From a virus (lineage: Duplodnaviria; Caudoviricetes), in IMG/VR virus record IMGVR_UViG_2846797076_000002, positions 591 through 64,590 of that record: a DNA stretch of 64,000 nt; one strand, 5' to 3'. The notes below the pieces were generated by a model that worked only from the letters and a program-made list of their open reading frames with translations, did not search any database and was not told the DNA's origin. Below are positions 62,968-64,000 of the stretch, piece by piece. The stretch's first letter is position 1; each line of letters begins with the position of its first letter. Both the position numbers and the translations under genes were made by a program.

Positions 62968-64000
62968 GGTCAAGAAGCGGCTCGCAAGCGGCAAGACCAT
63001 CACATACTGCTACGCTTGGCGCGGCGGCCCGCTCTTGAAGGACAAGGCGGGCCGCCCGCTGCAACCGGGCGATCCGCTACTCATGCGGGCTTTCGTTGAA
63101 GCCACCAAAGATCGTTTCGTCGACCAGACCGACAACATGAATCGGCTGATTACCGAGTACAAATCATCGACGGACTTCACCGGCCTTTCTCCGAAATCGC
63201 AGAAGGAATACAGCCGATACATCGACAAGGTGCGCGATGCTTTCGGTACGATGAGCCTTGTCGCTATCCAGGACAAGCGCGCTCGAGGCAAGTTCAAGGA
63301 GTGGCGTGACGGTATGGCCGACAAGCCTCGTAGCGCCGACTTCGCCTGGATGGTGCTTGCACGCATTTTGTCGGTGGCAAAGGACCGTGGCCGGATCTCG
63401 ATCAACCAGGCAGAACGCGGCGGTCGCATTTACAGCGTCGATCGTAACGAAAACATCTGGACCGATGAAACACTGGCGCGCCTATTCGCCGTAGCGTCGG
63501 AGGAAATCAAAGCCGCAGTCATCATGGCACTCTGGACCGGCCAACGTAAGGGAGACATCCTCAAGGCTCCGTGGAGCGACTATGACGGCTCACACATCAA
63601 GGTGAAGCAGGGCAAGACCGGCGCCCGCGTAAAGATACCGGCCGGCGCAGAACTGCGCGAGTTGCTGGATAGCATGCTGAGGATTTCGCCCACTATCCTC
63701 ACCAATAAGCGCGACAAGCGACCTTGGACCTCTGACGGGTTCAACACCAGCTGGACGAAAGCAAAGGCCAAGGCCAACATCACTGATCTAACCTTCCATG
63801 ACCTCCGCGGCACGGCAGTCACCCGTTTGGCAATCGCGGGGTGCTCAGTGGCGCAGATCGCAGCGATCACCGGCCACAGCCTCAAAGACGTCGAAGGCAT
63901 TCTCGATGCCCACTACCTCGGCGGCAAGGCCGCCCTCGCCGAGGAAGCGATAAAGAAGCTCGAAGATTATCGCGCAACGCCAAATAAGAAGCCCGCTTAA
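62939..64000 (+). CDS. int: Tyrosine integrase
   Basis: TGQRKGD, KTG, FHDLRGT, ITGHS, HY catalytic residues. Confidence 0.95.
   Translation: MREKLKGLARVKKRLASGKTITYCYAWRGGPLLKDKAGRPLQPGDPLLMRAFVEATKDRFVDQTDNMNRLITEYKSSTDFTGLSPKSQKEYSRYIDKVRDAFGTMSLVAIQDKRARGKFKEWRDGMADKPRSADFAWMVLARILSVAKDRGRISINQAERGGRIYSVDRNENIWTDETLARLFAVASEEIKAAVIMALWTGQRKGDILKAPWSDYDGSHIKVKQGKTGARVKIPAGAELRELLDSMLRISPTILTNKRDKRPWTSDGFNTSWTKAKAKANITDLTFHDLRGTAVTRLAIAGCSVAQIAAITGHSLKDVEGILDAHYLGGKAALAEEAIKKLEDYRATPNKKPA

Larger units (their letters stand above)
1..64000. mobile_element. Temperate siphovirus prophage, near complete; att sites lie outside the window
   Basis: Ordered integrase-xis, CI-like repressor, replication, terminase-portal-protease-capsid, tail tube, tape measure, tail tip and lysis genes. 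Confidence 0.97.

Overview
The window is almost one complete temperate siphovirus prophage of a Rhizobiaceae-like alphaproteobacterium (host inferred from LexA-box and EcfG promoter types and gene families). It runs from a truncated dNMP kinase at the left edge to a tyrosine integrase at the right edge; no att site is visible. Modules, left to right: nucleotide-hydrolase/accessory early operon, LexA-boxed SRAP operon, membrane/lipoprotein morons, lysis, tail, HK97-type head and packaging, stress and defence morons (DUF982, DUF3010 + Ser/Thr kinase, CsbD, YciF, Mrr), replication/recombination with two DNA methyltransferases, immunity region, xis-int. Two genome-wide signals are not explained by the gene annotation. 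(1) About 17 early-gene leaders share an ACCA-loop hairpin + CACCAC(A) + GAGGAGA(C) architecture, and a predicted ~130-nt three-hairpin RNA at 59523-59653 displays the exact complements (two GUGGUG loops and GUCUCCUC). (2) The peptide ANDN, which matches the start of the alphaproteobacterial tmRNA (SsrA) tag, occurs about 20 times in 17 non-structural proteins with varying codons and in no structural protein. Together they suggest a two-layer (antisense RNA + SspB/ClpXP-type) control of the early proteome. All product calls are from motif recognition by eye; no searches were run.
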